Source of the DNA: an uncultured Syntrophomonadaceae bacterium
Lineage (GTDB): Bacteria; Bacillota; Dethiobacteria; DTU022
DNA length: 64,000 nt
Direction: 5' to 3'
Assembly: GCA_964492615.1 (NCBI GenBank)
Contig: CAZBKZ010000007.1
Span: 1,883 to 65,882, forward strand
Part shown: in pieces, positions 48,360 to 59,001 of the stretch
How the letters are laid out: every line of letters begins with the position of its first letter
Position numbering within the stretch: the first letter of the stretch is position 1
Position numbers and translations under genes: made by a program
The notes under the pieces: generated by a model
The model's input: the letters and a program-made list of their open reading frames with translations, nothing else
The model's database searches: none
Told to the model about the DNA's origin: nothing

Positions 48360-49208
48360 TTATTTCTTCCTTTCCTGCCCTGGTTCAGGCTGACAGCAGG
48401 GACAGTAATAGGTTCCCCTGCCGGCTACAACTGTTTTGATGATTTCTGCTCCGCAACGAGTGCATTTTTCACCGGCGCGGTTGTATACTGCAAGTTTGTT
48501 TTGAAAATCGCCCAGGGCCCCGGCAGCATTGCGGTAATCACGAAATGATGTGCCCCCGTAAGCGATGCCGTCTTCAAGGACAGCTCTGATCGACCGGTAG
48601 AGATTTTTTCTTTCATCTTTACTGAGGGTATAAACCTGTCTGTTCGGGTTAAAACCACAGCGGAATAGGCATTCATCGGTATAAATATTGCCCATACCGG
48701 CAGCAAAAGCCTGGTCCAGCAGAAGTGCTTTCAGACCCCGTTTTTCTCTTTTAGTCAGCAATTTTTCAAACTCTTCACAATCTAGCTCGTTGTAAATATC
48801 AGGACCGACATTTTTTAGTACAATCTCTTCAAGTTCTTTTTCACTGCTCACATACCAGAGGCGACCAAAACGACGCATATCAGCATAATGCAGGGCTGAA
48901 CCATCTTTAAAGGGCAGTGACAGGCGGAGGAACCTTTCCCCTGTAAAGCAACCGTCAGACGAGTAAATCAGGTTTCCGGTCATCCGCAGGTGGACAACGA
49001 GAATGCCTTGATCTAGGTTGATAAACAGGTACTTCCCCCTGCGGGTAACCTTTTCTACTTTTTTGCCTTCCAGGGCCACTATAAAATCTTCCGGTGCCGG
49101 ATTTTCTATGGTTCCTGGAAAGTGGATCACCGGACAGGAAAATACTTTCCCCGGAATCAGCTTTTCCAGTTCACTTCGTATTGTTTCAACTTCGGGCAGT
49201 TCCGGCAA
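48360..49208 (-). CDS. mutM: Formamidopyrimidine-DNA glycosylase
   Basis: PELPEVE after TTG start, RRGKY, HLRMTG, GNIY.DE, C-terminal zinc finger. Confidence 0.95.
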   Translation of the reverse strand: MPELPEVETIRSELEKLIPGKVFSCPVIHFPGTIENPAPEDFIVALEGKKVEKVTRRGKYLFINLDQGILVVHLRMTGNLIYSSDGCFTGERFLRLSLPFKDGSALHYADMRRFGRLWYVSSEKELEEIVLKNVGPDIYNELDCEEFEKLLTKREKRGLKALLLDQAFAAGMGNIYTDECLFRCGFNPNRQVYTLSKDERKNLYRSIRAVLEDGIAYGGTSFRDYRNAAGALGDFQNKLAVYNRAGEKCTRCGAEIIKTVVAGRGTYYCPCCQPEPGQERKK

Positions 49209-49225
49209 TTTATCTATCTCCCCGG

Positions 49226-51898
49226 CTAAAGTTTTTTTAGTTCCTCCCAGTTGGCGCCCCATTTCAGGTCGACCTGCAGAGGAACGGAAAGCTCGAAAGC
49301 CTGTTCCATTTCCTTTTTAATCATCGGAGCAAAAAAGTTCAGTTCGGATTCGTCAATTTCAAAAAGCAGTTCATCGTGAATCTGCAGCAGCATTGCTGCC
49401 TGAAAACCGCCCTGATCGATAATATTGCTAATCCTGAGCATGGCCAGCTTGATTATATCGGCGGCAGTACCCTGGATTGGGGTGTTCAGGGCCATCCGTT
49501 CGGCAAAGCTGCGGGTATTGTGGTTGGATGAATGAATTTCGGGCAGGTAACGGCGACGGTTGAGCAGGGTCGTAACGAAACCCTGTTCACGGGCCTGTTT
49601 AATAATTGCTTCCATGTAAGCCTTTACGCCGCTGTAGCGCTCAAAATAGCTGTCTATATAAGTTCGCGCTTCGGCACGGGGTATCTTCAGACCCTGGGCC
49701 AGGCCGTAATCGCTGGAGCCATAAATTATACCGAAGTTAACCGCCTTGGCTTTTTCGCGCATCAGCGGAGTCACTTGATCCACGGAAACTGCGTTCACCT
49801 CGGCGGCAGTACGCCGGTGGATATCCTGCCCTGTTTGAAAAGCTTCAATGAGGATTGGGTCTTGAGAAAGATGGGCCAGAACACGCAGCTCAACCTGGGA
49901 ATAGTCGGCGGCAAAGAATATACGGTTTTCGCCAGAGGGGATGAAAGCTTTCCTGATCCTGCGCCCCTCTTCCAGACGGATCGGAATGTTCTGCAGGTTG
50001 GGATCGCTGCTGCTTAGACGTCCGGTGGCAGTGGCAGACTGATTGAGGCGGGTGTACAGTTTCTGTTCCTGCGGGTCGATCAGTTCAATCATACCTGAAA
50101 GGTAAGTTCCCTCCAGCTTGGATAGCTGCCGGTAGTGCAGGAGCAGGGCAGCTATATCATGCTTCGGGGCAAGTTCTTCCAAAACCCGGGCATCGGTGGA
50201 ACGGCCGGTCTTGGTTTTACGGATAACGGGCAGACCCAGTTTATCGAATAAAACAGCGGCAAGCTGTTGCGGTGAATTAATATTAAATTCTTCTCCGGCC
50301 AGCTGGTGTATTTCCTGCTCGAGCTGCTCCAGGCGGCTGCATATATCAGCTGACAGCTCTCGCAGGTAAACAGCATCAACTTTCATGCCGCGCCTCTCCA
50401 TTGAAGCGAGAACCATGCTCAAAGGCAGTTCCAGGTCGAAAAGCAGTTGTTCCAGCCCCTGATCCCGCAGCTGCCCTGAAAGGTTTTCAGAGAGAAGAAA
50501 CAGCTGCCTGGCTTCTTCGGCCAACCATGGCGCGCGGTCTGAAAGAGTGGTTTTTCTTTTTTCAGCAGCGCTTTGCATTGGTATCTCCAGGCCCAGGTAG
50601 CGCTGTAACAGATCGGGAAGGTTATAACGCCCGGCGGCAGGGTCAACCAGGTAAGCGCCCAGCAGCGTATCGAATTTAACTGCGGGCAGCCCGGCTCCCT
50701 GGCCTAAAAACAGGTGGCATAACTGCTTGGCATCATGAATGAGCAGCCTTACTTTACGCTCTCCCAGCTTTTTGACCCATTCCAGGGCTTTAAGGTTGTC
50801 GTGTTCAACATCAGAAATGATATAGTAATATGCTTTTTGATCGTTACTGGCGAAAGCAACAGCCGTAAGGGACTGTTGCCAGGGAGGCCTGCCTTCTTCC
50901 TGCTCAAAACGCAGGGCCAGGGTTTCCTCTTTTTTAACCTGTTCAAGCTGCTGCTGCAAATCTTTCAGAGATTTCAGCTCTACAGCTTCGGGTTTTTCCA
51001 ACCGGTTATCTGCTTTTCCACTCGTCGCTGCTTTTATTCGCCTGGCCAGGTTATTAAAATCGAGCTCGTTAAAAATGCCCAGCAGTTTTTCGTGATCGGG
51101 CTGGCGATAACGACATTCATCTTCATTGCATTCCAAGTTTACATCGCGACGCAGGGTAACCAGGTTTTTACCGGTTTCAAGCTGCTCGCGGTGTGCGGCC
51201 AAGTTTTGTGCCGCCCGGCCTTTAATGTTGTCAAGGTTATTGTAGATACTCTCAATATCTCCATATTCACTGAGCAGGATGCGTGCAGTTTTGTCGCCGA
51301 TGCCTGGAACACCGGGAATGTTATCGGAAGGATCTCCTTTTAAAGCCTTGTAATCGATAAATTGATCGGGTGTTAAACCGTAGGTTTCCTTCAGTAGAGC
51401 CTTGTCATAGCGCTCCATCTGGCTAATACCTTTTTTTGTAAGCATCACTGTAATCTGGTCACCTACCAGCTGAAGCAGGTCGGCGTCACCCGATACTACA
51501 GTAACCTGCAGCCCCCTGGTGGTAAAATAATCAGCCAGAGAACCGATAACATCATCGGCTTCATAATCGTCAACAATAAAAACCGGTATATGCATGGCCT
51601 CAAGAATATCGCGGGTTCTACCAACCTGCTCGGCCAGTTCTGAAGGCATTTTTTCACGCTGGGCCTTGTATGATTCGTCAATCTTAACCCGGAAAGAAGG
51701 TTTTGCAGGGTCAAAGGCAACAGCTATATAGTCCGGCTTTTCAGTGTCGAGCAGTTTGAAAAGCATATTGGTAAAACCGTAGACCGCGTTTGTATGCTCA
51801 CCGCGGCGATTCTGCAGGGGCGGCAGGGCATAAAATGCCCTGTAGAGCAAGCTGTTGCCGTCTATAACTAGGAATTTTTGCCCTGATTCTGGTGTCAA
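49226..51898 (-). CDS. polA: DNA polymerase I
   Basis: IDGNSLLYRAFYA, GDPSDNIPG, DYSQVELR, AKAVNFGIIYG, IHDEL. Confidence 0.97.
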   Translation of the reverse strand: MTPESGQKFLVIDGNSLLYRAFYALPPLQNRRGEHTNAVYGFTNMLFKLLDTEKPDYIAVAFDPAKPSFRVKIDESYKAQREKMPSELAEQVGRTRDILEAMHIPVFIVDDYEADDVIGSLADYFTTRGLQVTVVSGDADLLQLVGDQITVMLTKKGISQMERYDKALLKETYGLTPDQFIDYKALKGDPSDNIPGVPGIGDKTARILLSEYGDIESIYNNLDNIKGRAAQNLAAHREQLETGKNLVTLRRDVNLECNEDECRYRQPDHEKLLGIFNELDFNNLARRIKAATSGKADNRLEKPEAVELKSLKDLQQQLEQVKKEETLALRFEQEEGRPPWQQSLTAVAFASNDQKAYYYIISDVEHDNLKALEWVKKLGERKVRLLIHDAKQLCHLFLGQGAGLPAVKFDTLLGAYLVDPAAGRYNLPDLLQRYLGLEIPMQSAAEKRKTTLSDRAPWLAEEARQLFLLSENLSGQLRDQGLEQLLFDLELPLSMVLASMERRGMKVDAVYLRELSADICSRLEQLEQEIHQLAGEEFNINSPQQLAAVLFDKLGLPVIRKTKTGRSTDARVLEELAPKHDIAALLLHYRQLSKLEGTYLSGMIELIDPQEQKLYTRLNQSATATGRLSSSDPNLQNIPIRLEEGRRIRKAFIPSGENRIFFAADYSQVELRVLAHLSQDPILIEAFQTGQDIHRRTAAEVNAVSVDQVTPLMREKAKAVNFGIIYGSSDYGLAQGLKIPRAEARTYIDSYFERYSGVKAYMEAIIKQAREQGFVTTLLNRRRYLPEIHSSNHNTRSFAERMALNTPIQGTAADIIKLAMLRISNIIDQGGFQAAMLLQIHDELLFEIDESELNFFAPMIKKEMEQAFELSVPLQVDLKWGANWEELKKL

Positions 51899-51916
51899 TT
51901 AACCGTCTCCTTTGCT

Positions 51917-52390
51917 TTATACGGGAAATTTAAACTGGCTGTTCAGGTCTGCCATTTCAATGGCAGAGGCGGCAGCCTGCCAGCCCTTGTTACCGGACTT
52001 GGTGCCTGCCCTTTCTATAGCCTGTTCCAGGGTATCGCTGGTAATAACGCCGAAAATAACCGGAACACCCGAATCGAGACTGACATGGGCAATACCCTTG
52101 GCCACTTCCGAGGCAACATAATCAAAGTGCGGTGTTGAGCCACGGATAACTGCGCCGAGGCAGACAACAGCATCATAACGCTTGCTGAGAACCGCTTTTT
52201 TGGCAGCCAGGGGAATTTCAAAAGCTCCCGGCACCCAGATGATTTCAATCGAATCTTCGCGCGCTTCATGCCTTTTCAGGCAGTCAATTGCCCCGCTTAA
52301 AAGATGGCCGGATATAAACTCGTTAAAACGGCTGACAACAAGGGCAAAACGGTAATCACGGGCAACAAGCTTTCCTTCAATCGTTTTCAA
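51917..52390 (-). CDS. ribH: 6,7-dimethyl-8-ribityllumazine synthase
   Basis: [22 protein letters not shown]. Confidence 0.96.
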   Translation of the reverse strand: MKTIEGKLVARDYRFALVVSRFNEFISGHLLSGAIDCLKRHEAREDSIEIIWVPGAFEIPLAAKKAVLSKRYDAVVCLGAVIRGSTPHFDYVASEVAKGIAHVSLDSGVPVIFGVITSDTLEQAIERAGTKSGNKGWQAAASAIEMADLNSQFKFPV

Positions 52391-52408
52391 TTTAATCTCT
52401 CCTTGCTA

Positions 52409-53650
52409 TTAATTTATCTTGTAGTCGTTATCGCTGTTCCGTTCAAGCTTTAAGTAATGGCCCAGCTTTTCTTTCTTGGTCGAAAGGTAATTGCAATTAT
52501 ACTGGCATGGTTCCACTTCCAGAGGAACCCTTTCGACAATGTTGATGTCGTATCCTTCAAGGCCCTTTATTTTACGGGGATTATTGGTCAGTAATCTGAT
52601 TTTTTTCAGACCAAGGTCAACCATTATCTGGGCACCTACCCCGTAATCACGCAGATCGGCCGGAAAACCAAGCTCCTCGTTGGCCTGAACTGTATCTCTG
52701 CCGGCATCCTGCAACTCATAGGCGCGTATTTTGTTTAACAGGCCAATACCCCGGCCTTCCTGGCGCATGTAAAGCAGTACGCCGGTTCCCGCTTCAGCGA
52801 TCTGCTTCATAGCTGTATGCAGCTGGTTACCGCAATCGCAACGCAGTGAAGCGAATACATCACCGGTCAGGCATTCTGAATGGACACGGACCAGGGTCGG
52901 CTGCTCGGGATCGATATCTCCCATGATCATAGCCAAATGTGTCTGGGTATCAATATTGTTCTCATAAGCGATCAGTTTAAAGTTACCGAAGATGGTCGGC
53001 ATAACGGCAGTAGCTCCACGCCAGACCAGTTTCTCTTTTTTCATGCGGTAGTTAATCAGGTCGGCAATGCTAATCAGTTTCAGGTCATGCTCTCTGCAAA
53101 ACTCGATCAGCTGGGGCAGGCGGGCCATGCTGCCGTCTTCATTAATAATTTCACAGATCACCCCGGCCGGTTCAAACCCCGCCATTGAAGCCAGGTCAAC
53201 CGCTGCCTCGGTATGGCCTGCCCGGCGCAGCACGCCTCCCTCCATTGCTTCAAGGGGGAAAATGTGTCCGGGGCGGCGCAGGTCAGACGGTTTTGTCTGC
53301 GGATCGATCAGGGCCCTGATAGTTTTTGCCCTCTCATGAGCCGAAATGCCGGTGCTGCAGGATCCGACATCAACAGAAACTGTAAAAGCGGTACAATGCT
53401 TGTCAGTGTTCTGTGTTACCATGGGAGGGAGATCAAGCTCCCCGACGCGCTTGGAAGTAAGGGGGGCACAAACCAGTCCGCGGGCATGACGGATCATGAA
53501 ATTTATAGATTCAGGGGTTGCCTGCGAGGCGGCCATGACCAGATCACCTTCGTTTTCACGATCTTCGTCATCGACAACAACCACCATTTTTCCTTTTTTT
53601 AAATCATCCAGAGCTTCTTCAATTGTGTTAAAAGCCATTATCAACTTCAC
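52409..53650 (-). CDS. ribBA: Bifunctional DHBP synthase / GTP cyclohydrolase II
   Basis: [34 protein letters not shown]. Confidence 0.96.
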   Translation of the reverse strand: MKLIMAFNTIEEALDDLKKGKMVVVVDDEDRENEGDLVMAASQATPESINFMIRHARGLVCAPLTSKRVGELDLPPMVTQNTDKHCTAFTVSVDVGSCSTGISAHERAKTIRALIDPQTKPSDLRRPGHIFPLEAMEGGVLRRAGHTEAAVDLASMAGFEPAGVICEIINEDGSMARLPQLIEFCREHDLKLISIADLINYRMKKEKLVWRGATAVMPTIFGNFKLIAYENNIDTQTHLAMIMGDIDPEQPTLVRVHSECLTGDVFASLRCDCGNQLHTAMKQIAEAGTGVLLYMRQEGRGIGLLNKIRAYELQDAGRDTVQANEELGFPADLRDYGVGAQIMVDLGLKKIRLLTNNPRKIKGLEGYDINIVERVPLEVEPCQYNCNYLSTKKEKLGHYLKLERNSDNDYKIN

Positions 53651-53662
53651 TCCTTCTACCCT

Positions 53663-54328
53663 TTAAAGGTATCCTTTTTCCTGTAACAGGGTCATGGTTA
53701 TATTGTCGCTCTTTTTTCCGGGTGAACCGGAAGAATCAAAGCGGTATTTCAACATATTTTCCACATACTTGCCAATCAAATCGACTTCGAGGTTAACCCC
53801 GGCACCAACTTCTTTGCTGCCGAGGGTTGTTTCGCCTGAGGTATGAGGTATTAAACCAACTGAAAAGTTACCCTGCCCGGTATCGATAACTGTGAGGCTG
53901 ACACCGTCGAGGGCGACAGAGCCCTTGGGTACGATATACGGCATTAACCCGGCCGGACAGTTGAAGGTTAGTAAAATCGCGCTTCCTTCCGGCTTACGGG
54001 CAGTAAGGGTAACCATCGTATCAATATGGCCGCTAACCAGGTGTCCTCCCAGGCGTCCACCAAGGGTCATCGCTCTTTCAAGATTTACCCGGTCCCCGGC
54101 GGCCATGGTGCCGAGAGTTGTTTTTTTTAGGGTCTCGGGCATGGCAAACGCCGTAAAATTGCTGCTGTCGAACCCGACAACGGTAAGGCAGGGTCCACTT
54201 ACAGCAATGCTATCACCCATATTAACGCCGGAGAGCACTTTTTTTGCCTCGATTGTTATATTTACACCTTCGGACGAGGCGCTCACACGACGGATAACTC
54301 CTATTTCTTCAATTAAACCGGTAAACAA
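53663..54328 (-). CDS. ribE: Riboflavin synthase
   Basis: MFTGLIEE, VNLER, GGHLVSGH, VNLEVD. Confidence 0.95.
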   Translation of the reverse strand: MFTGLIEEIGVIRRVSASSEGVNITIEAKKVLSGVNMGDSIAVSGPCLTVVGFDSSNFTAFAMPETLKKTTLGTMAAGDRVNLERAMTLGGRLGGHLVSGHIDTMVTLTARKPEGSAILLTFNCPAGLMPYIVPKGSVALDGVSLTVIDTGQGNFSVGLIPHTSGETTLGSKEVGAGVNLEVDLIGKYVENMLKYRFDSSGSPGKKSDNITMTLLQEKGYL

Positions 54329-54404
54329 ATTATCGCAACCTTCCCGGAGGAACCGTATTTACGGCTCCGTTTTTTTTGCAACTGCCCGGCAGTTCAACAG
54401 AGAA

Positions 54405-55508
54405 TCACTGTTTTTTCGGGTAACCGATTACCAGCATATCGCGATCAAACTGCTTTAACTCAACGTTCTCGACCGACCAGGCCCTGCTGAGCATTTCAAT
54501 TCCACTGCCGGCAAAAGCGGTGGGGCTTTCCCTGCCGCCAATAATTAAAGGAGCGATGAAAACAAACAGTTTGTCGATTAACGATTGCTCAAGAAGGCTG
54601 TAATTAAGGGTTCCGCCGCCTTCAACCAGAACATTGACCAGGTTCCTCTCAGCAAGTTTTATCATCAGGGCTTTCAGGTCTACCCTTTTATCTCTTGAAG
54701 GTAGAATCATTATTTCAACACCTTTTGCTTCTAGAGCACGGCACTTCTCTCTTGAGGCATGCTCAGTAACAGCAATAACTGTCTTCGCCGGCGAACTGTT
54801 CTCCAGCATTTGGGCATCAAGGGGAAACCTGCAGGTGCTGTCGACTATTACCCGCAGGGGATCCATGCCGCTCCCGCCTTCAAGTCTTGTAGTGAGGCGC
54901 GGGTTATCTTTCAACACTGTTTCAATACCGACCATTATGGCATCACAGTGATCGCGGAGTCGGTGAACAAACTGGCGCGCCTTGTCACCGGTTATCCACT
55001 GTGAATTTCCGGTCACCGTACCGATCTTACCATCCAGGCTCATCGCCACCTTAACACTTACATAGGGCATGCCGGTTATAATATACTTAATGAAGGCCTC
55101 GTTAAGCTGACGGGCTTTATCTTCAAGCACTCCCTCTTTAATCTTTATCCCCGCTTCAATCAGGCGGGCAAAGCCGCGCCCCGATACCAGGGGATTAGGA
55201 TCCTGCATTGCAGCCACTACCCTGACAATACCGGCCTTGATGATCGACTCGGTGCATGGGCCGGTTTTTCCATGATGATTGCAAGGCTCCAAATTTACAT
55301 AAAGAGTGGCTCCCCGGGCCTGTTCACCGGCCTTTTTCAGGGCAATAATTTCTGCATGAGGGCTGCCGGCAGCCCTGTGATAACCGCTGCCAACTACTTC
55401 TGAACCCTGGACCACGACGGCGCCAACCATGGGGTTGGGGCTTGTCCTGCCACGACCCTGGCGGGCCAGGTCAAGGGCCATCCACATGAAACGATCGTCG
55501 GCATCCAT
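54405..55508 (-). CDS. ribD: Riboflavin deaminase/reductase
   Basis: PNPMVG, HAE, LEPCNH..TGPC, SLDGK, VEGG. Confidence 0.96.
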   Translation of the reverse strand: MDADDRFMWMALDLARQGRGRTSPNPMVGAVVVQGSEVVGSGYHRAAGSPHAEIIALKKAGEQARGATLYVNLEPCNHHGKTGPCTESIIKAGIVRVVAAMQDPNPLVSGRGFARLIEAGIKIKEGVLEDKARQLNEAFIKYIITGMPYVSVKVAMSLDGKIGTVTGNSQWITGDKARQFVHRLRDHCDAIMVGIETVLKDNPRLTTRLEGGSGMDPLRVIVDSTCRFPLDAQMLENSSPAKTVIAVTEHASREKCRALEAKGVEIMILPSRDKRVDLKALMIKLAERNLVNVLVEGGGTLNYSLLEQSLIDKLFVFIAPLIIGGRESPTAFAGSGIEMLSRAWSVENVELKQFDRDMLVIGYPKKQ

Positions 55509-55530
55509 TTTTATCTTTCACCTCGTCGTA

Positions 55531-55570
55531 AAATAATAAAACCCCGGGCACATATGCGCTTCAGGGTTTT
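55531..55570 (-). terminator. Riboswitch-controlled terminator upstream of ribD
   Basis: AAAACCCTGAAGC...GCCCGGGGTTTT-ATTATTTT; CCCTGAAG is complementary to the riboswitch 5' CTTCAGGG (antiterminator). Confidence 0.75.
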
Positions 55571-55601
55571 CGGCAGGATATTAATATATATTCCGCGCCG
55601 C

Positions 55602-55754
55602 TTCTTCTTCCTTCCAGACTATACTGTCGGCTCCGGATTCACACCGGATCAACCTATTTTTAGGCTCGCGGGCTCAGCTCAGTTTTGAGCATCACCGCCG
55701 GTTCGGAATTGGAGACCTTTTAAAAACAGTCTTCTCACCAGACCCTGAAGATAA
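55602..55754 (-). ncRNA. FMN riboswitch (RFN element)
   Basis: CTTCAGGG..GGTG..ATTCC..ACCGGCGGT..AGCCCGCGA..GATCCGGTG.GAATCCGGAGCCGACAGT..AGTCTGGA.GGAAGAAG upstream of the rib operon. Confidence 0.93.
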
Positions 55755-55814
55755 CGGTTAAGAGAATTATAACACATTTTCTACATATTTCAAATATAGT
55801 AAGCTTGTGCGGAT

Positions 55815-56465
55815 TTACATTTTTTTAAAGTCGGAGATCAGTTGCATCCCATCGGGTGCGCTGAAAACTGCTGAACCGGCTACCAGCACTGTCGCACCGG
55901 CCCGGATGATCTCCGGGGCGGTTTCGCGGTTAACCCCGCCGTCTACCTCAATTTCCACCGCCAGTCCCCGTGACTGAACCTGTTCAGCACAGTAACGGAT
56001 CTTGGGCAGCATTTCCGGGATGAAAGCCTGCCCACCAGCACCGGGATTAACAGTCATCACCAGGACCAGGTCAAGCAGGGGCCAGACATATTCCAGGGAA
56101 GAAACCGGCGTTGCCGGGTTAAGAGCTACTCCTACTTTTATACCGGCATCTCTAATCATACGCAGGGTCCGGTCGAGGTGCTTTGTTGCTTCAACCTGAA
56201 TAGTAAGAAGGTCAACCCCGGCCTTTACAAAAGCATCAACCATGCTTTCCGGATCGCTGACCATCAAATGGGCATCCATGAAAAGAGCGGTGTGCGGACG
56301 CAAAGATTTGACAACAACCGGCCCGATGGTTATGGACGGCACAAAATGGCCATCCATGACATCAAGGTGTACCCAGTCGGCACCATTTTCCCCGATGCGG
56401 GTCACTTCATCGCGCAGCCTGCTGAAATCTGCAGATAGTAAAGATGGCGCTACTTTAACTGTCAT
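55815..56465 (-). CDS. rpe: Ribulose-phosphate 3-epimerase
   Basis: APSLLSADF, HLDVMDGHFVP, DGGVN. Confidence 0.95.
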   Translation of the reverse strand: MTVKVAPSLLSADFSRLRDEVTRIGENGADWVHLDVMDGHFVPSITIGPVVVKSLRPHTALFMDAHLMVSDPESMVDAFVKAGVDLLTIQVEATKHLDRTLRMIRDAGIKVGVALNPATPVSSLEYVWPLLDLVLVMTVNPGAGGQAFIPEMLPKIRYCAEQVQSRGLAVEIEVDGGVNRETAPEIIRAGATVLVAGSAVFSAPDGMQLISDFKKM

Positions 56466-57358
56466 CGGTAATCCTCCTCACCTTTGCCAATTTCAGCGGC
56501 AAAATAACTGTAATGTTCATAACGCATGGGGTTCACAGATTGTCCTACTGCATCTTTAACAGCACAATTTGGTTCTGTTAAATGCCGGCAGTCACGAAAA
56601 GCGCAGCGCCCCTGCAGGGTCTCAAATTCCGGGAAGTAAGCCTTCAGCTCGGCAGGTTTGATGCGTTGAAAGTCCAGCCGGGTAAAACCGGGGGTATCTA
56701 CAACGGAACCTCCGCCTTCAAGGGCAAGTAGTTCTGCATGACGGGTAGTATGCCTGCCCCGCATGATTTTTTCACTGACTTCGCCTGTCTGCAGCTTCAG
56801 ACCCGGTTGAACAGCATTTAACAGGGATGATTTGCCTACCCCGGATGGGCCGGCAAATACCGAGCAAGTGCCGCGCAGAACTGCTTTGAGTTTATCAATA
56901 CCGGTTTCTAATTTGGCGCTGGCATAAAGCAACGGGTAGGGATACAACCAGGTCAGAGTTTCCATAGCTTTCATTTCATCCTGAGTAAGAAGATCAATTT
57001 TATTGACACAGATCACTGTCTGCAGGTTTTCTCTTTCGGCCATCACAGAGAGGCGGCTAACCAGCTGCCAGTCACCGGACGGTTCTTTTTGTGAAGTGAT
57101 TATTACCAGCTGGTCCACATTGACGACGGGCGGGCGGTCTATAAAGTTCCTGCGTGGAAGCTTTTGCTCAATAATTCCCTGAGGGTCGGAAAGAGAAGAA
57201 GAGTTTTTTTCTGGCCTGAAAGAAACCCTGTCGCCAACCAGCAGCGCAGCTTGACCGCGCTTCAAATTACCCCTGGCCTTACAGAGGTATTTCAAACCAT
57301 CTTCAGCAAGGACGGTAAAAAACCCTCCCGCCGCCCTGACCACTCTTCCTTCCAGCAA
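56462..57358 (-). CDS. rsgA: Ribosome small subunit-dependent GTPase A
   Basis: NKID, GPSGVGKSS, GRHTT, DTPG, CxFxDCxHxxEPxC. Confidence 0.95.
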   Translation of the reverse strand: MLEGRVVRAAGGFFTVLAEDGLKYLCKARGNLKRGQAALLVGDRVSFRPEKNSSSLSDPQGIIEQKLPRRNFIDRPPVVNVDQLVIITSQKEPSGDWQLVSRLSVMAERENLQTVICVNKIDLLTQDEMKAMETLTWLYPYPLLYASAKLETGIDKLKAVLRGTCSVFAGPSGVGKSSLLNAVQPGLKLQTGEVSEKIMRGRHTTRHAELLALEGGGSVVDTPGFTRLDFQRIKPAELKAYFPEFETLQGRCAFRDCRHLTEPNCAVKDAVGQSVNPMRYEHYSYFAAEIGKGEEDYR

Positions 57359-57369
57359 ATAAAACCTCC

Positions 57370-59001
57370 CTATTCGCCGACGACCAGGTCGATAAATTGC
57401 CCGGGTAAAACTTCAGTACCGGGCTCCGGCGCCTGTTCGATTACATGGCCTGCCGAACCGACAGAGAAACGATAACGGACGATCGGCACCAGCTCGTTTT
57501 CTTTCAGGTACTTAATTGCTCCATCTTCTGAGTAACCAACCAGGTTAGCCAGTTTAAAAGGCCCACGCCCCTGGCTGACATAAACCACAACCTCATCACC
57601 CGGCGATATGGGGAAAGACTCGCTCGGCACCTGCCGGTAAACAAGCCCTTCGGGTACGTCATCGTTATACTCTTTAACCGGGCTCATGATCAGGCCGAGA
57701 TCGGCCAGAATTGCCCTCGCCTCCATCTCGGTCCGATCGATTAGGTCGGGAGTAACGATAAACTCAGGGCCCTTACTGACATAAAGGTCAATTACCCGAT
57801 CCTGACGGACAACGCGGCCTTCAGGTGGATCAGTCTTGACCACGTTGCCCACCTGTATTTCGTCATCATAAATATAATAAACATCTGAGTTGGGTACCAG
57901 CCCCGCTTCACGCAGGGCAGCGGTGGCATCGTTCTGGCTAAGGTCCCTCACTTCGGGCACACTTATTTCAGGAACAAAAAAGTAGTTGCTAATTACTACC
58001 CCGCCGCCAACCAGCAAGGCAGCAAGGAGTATAAAGAATAAAATCGGCTTAAGCCATTTTCTTTTAAAGGTAGTGAATACATGTTTTTTCGGCACCGCTT
58101 CTTTTGCAGCCCGCGGTTTAAGAACCACCTCGTTATCGCTCTCAACACTGGTATGTCTCCGCTTGGGAGCGACTCTCGGCGTACCCCTGTTTTCGGTATA
58201 AAAAAGATCTTCGAGCAGCTCACCGGCTGTGCTATAACGTTCGGCAATGTCTTTCTGAACCAGTTTCAGGATAATCTGCTCAAGAGCTTCTGGAATTGAG
58301 TCGACCAGACGGCGTGGAGGCACAATTTGTTCCTGTATATGCTTCATGGCCAAGGCTACAGGGCTTTCTGCTGCGAAGGGCACTTTTCCGGTAACCATCT
58401 CGTAAAGAACTATCCCCAGCGAATAAAGGTCGGATTGCTTTCCGGCCAGTTCACCCCTAGCCTGCTCCGGTGATATATATTGGACAGAGCCAATAATTTG
58501 ATCACCAACCGTTACCGTAACCCCATCACCGGCTATGGCAATGCCGAAATCAGTTACTTTAACCTTACCTTCCCGCGAAAAAAGGATATTCTGCGGCTTT
58601 ATATCGCGATGAACAACACCTGCCTGGTGGGCCTGTTCCAGCGCTTCAGCTATCTGACGGGTAATCTTTATCGCCTCGGGAGCCGAAAGCTTGCCCTTTT
58701 CCCTGATGTACTCTTTCAGGTTCTTGCCATCCACGTATTCCATAACCATAAAGTAGGTGCCTTCTTCTTCTCCCACATCATAGATATTAACAATATGCGG
58801 ATGCGATAAAGCCGCAGCTGATTGAGCTTCACGTTCAAAACGACGAACAAAAGCAGCGTCGCCGGTCATCTGGTCTTTCAGTATCTTAACTGCAATTGTA
58901 CGCTTGAGCAGTATATCTCGCCCGCGATAAACGCGGGCCATGCCGCCTTCGGCAATTTTTTCTATCAGTTCATAACGTCCTGCCAGGGTTTTTCCGACCA
59001 T
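57370..59001 (-). CDS. pknB: PASTA-domain Ser/Thr kinase (PknB/PrkC/Stk1)
   Basis: HRDIKPQN, DFG, SPEQARG, TM helix, three PASTA repeats. Confidence 0.95.
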   Translation of the reverse strand: MVGKTLAGRYELIEKIAEGGMARVYRGRDILLKRTIAVKILKDQMTGDAAFVRRFEREAQSAAALSHPHIVNIYDVGEEEGTYFMVMEYVDGKNLKEYIREKGKLSAPEAIKITRQIAEALEQAHQAGVVHRDIKPQNILFSREGKVKVTDFGIAIAGDGVTVTVGDQIIGSVQYISPEQARGELAGKQSDLYSLGIVLYEMVTGKVPFAAESPVALAMKHIQEQIVPPRRLVDSIPEALEQIILKLVQKDIAERYSTAGELLEDLFYTENRGTPRVAPKRRHTSVESDNEVVLKPRAAKEAVPKKHVFTTFKRKWLKPILFFILLAALLVGGGVVISNYFFVPEISVPEVRDLSQNDATAALREAGLVPNSDVYYIYDDEIQVGNVVKTDPPEGRVVRQDRVIDLYVSKGPEFIVTPDLIDRTEMEARAILADLGLIMSPVKEYNDDVPEGLVYRQVPSESFPISPGDEVVVYVSQGRGPFKLANLVGYSEDGAIKYLKENELVPIVRYRFSVGSAGHVIEQAPEPGTEVLPGQFIDLVVGE

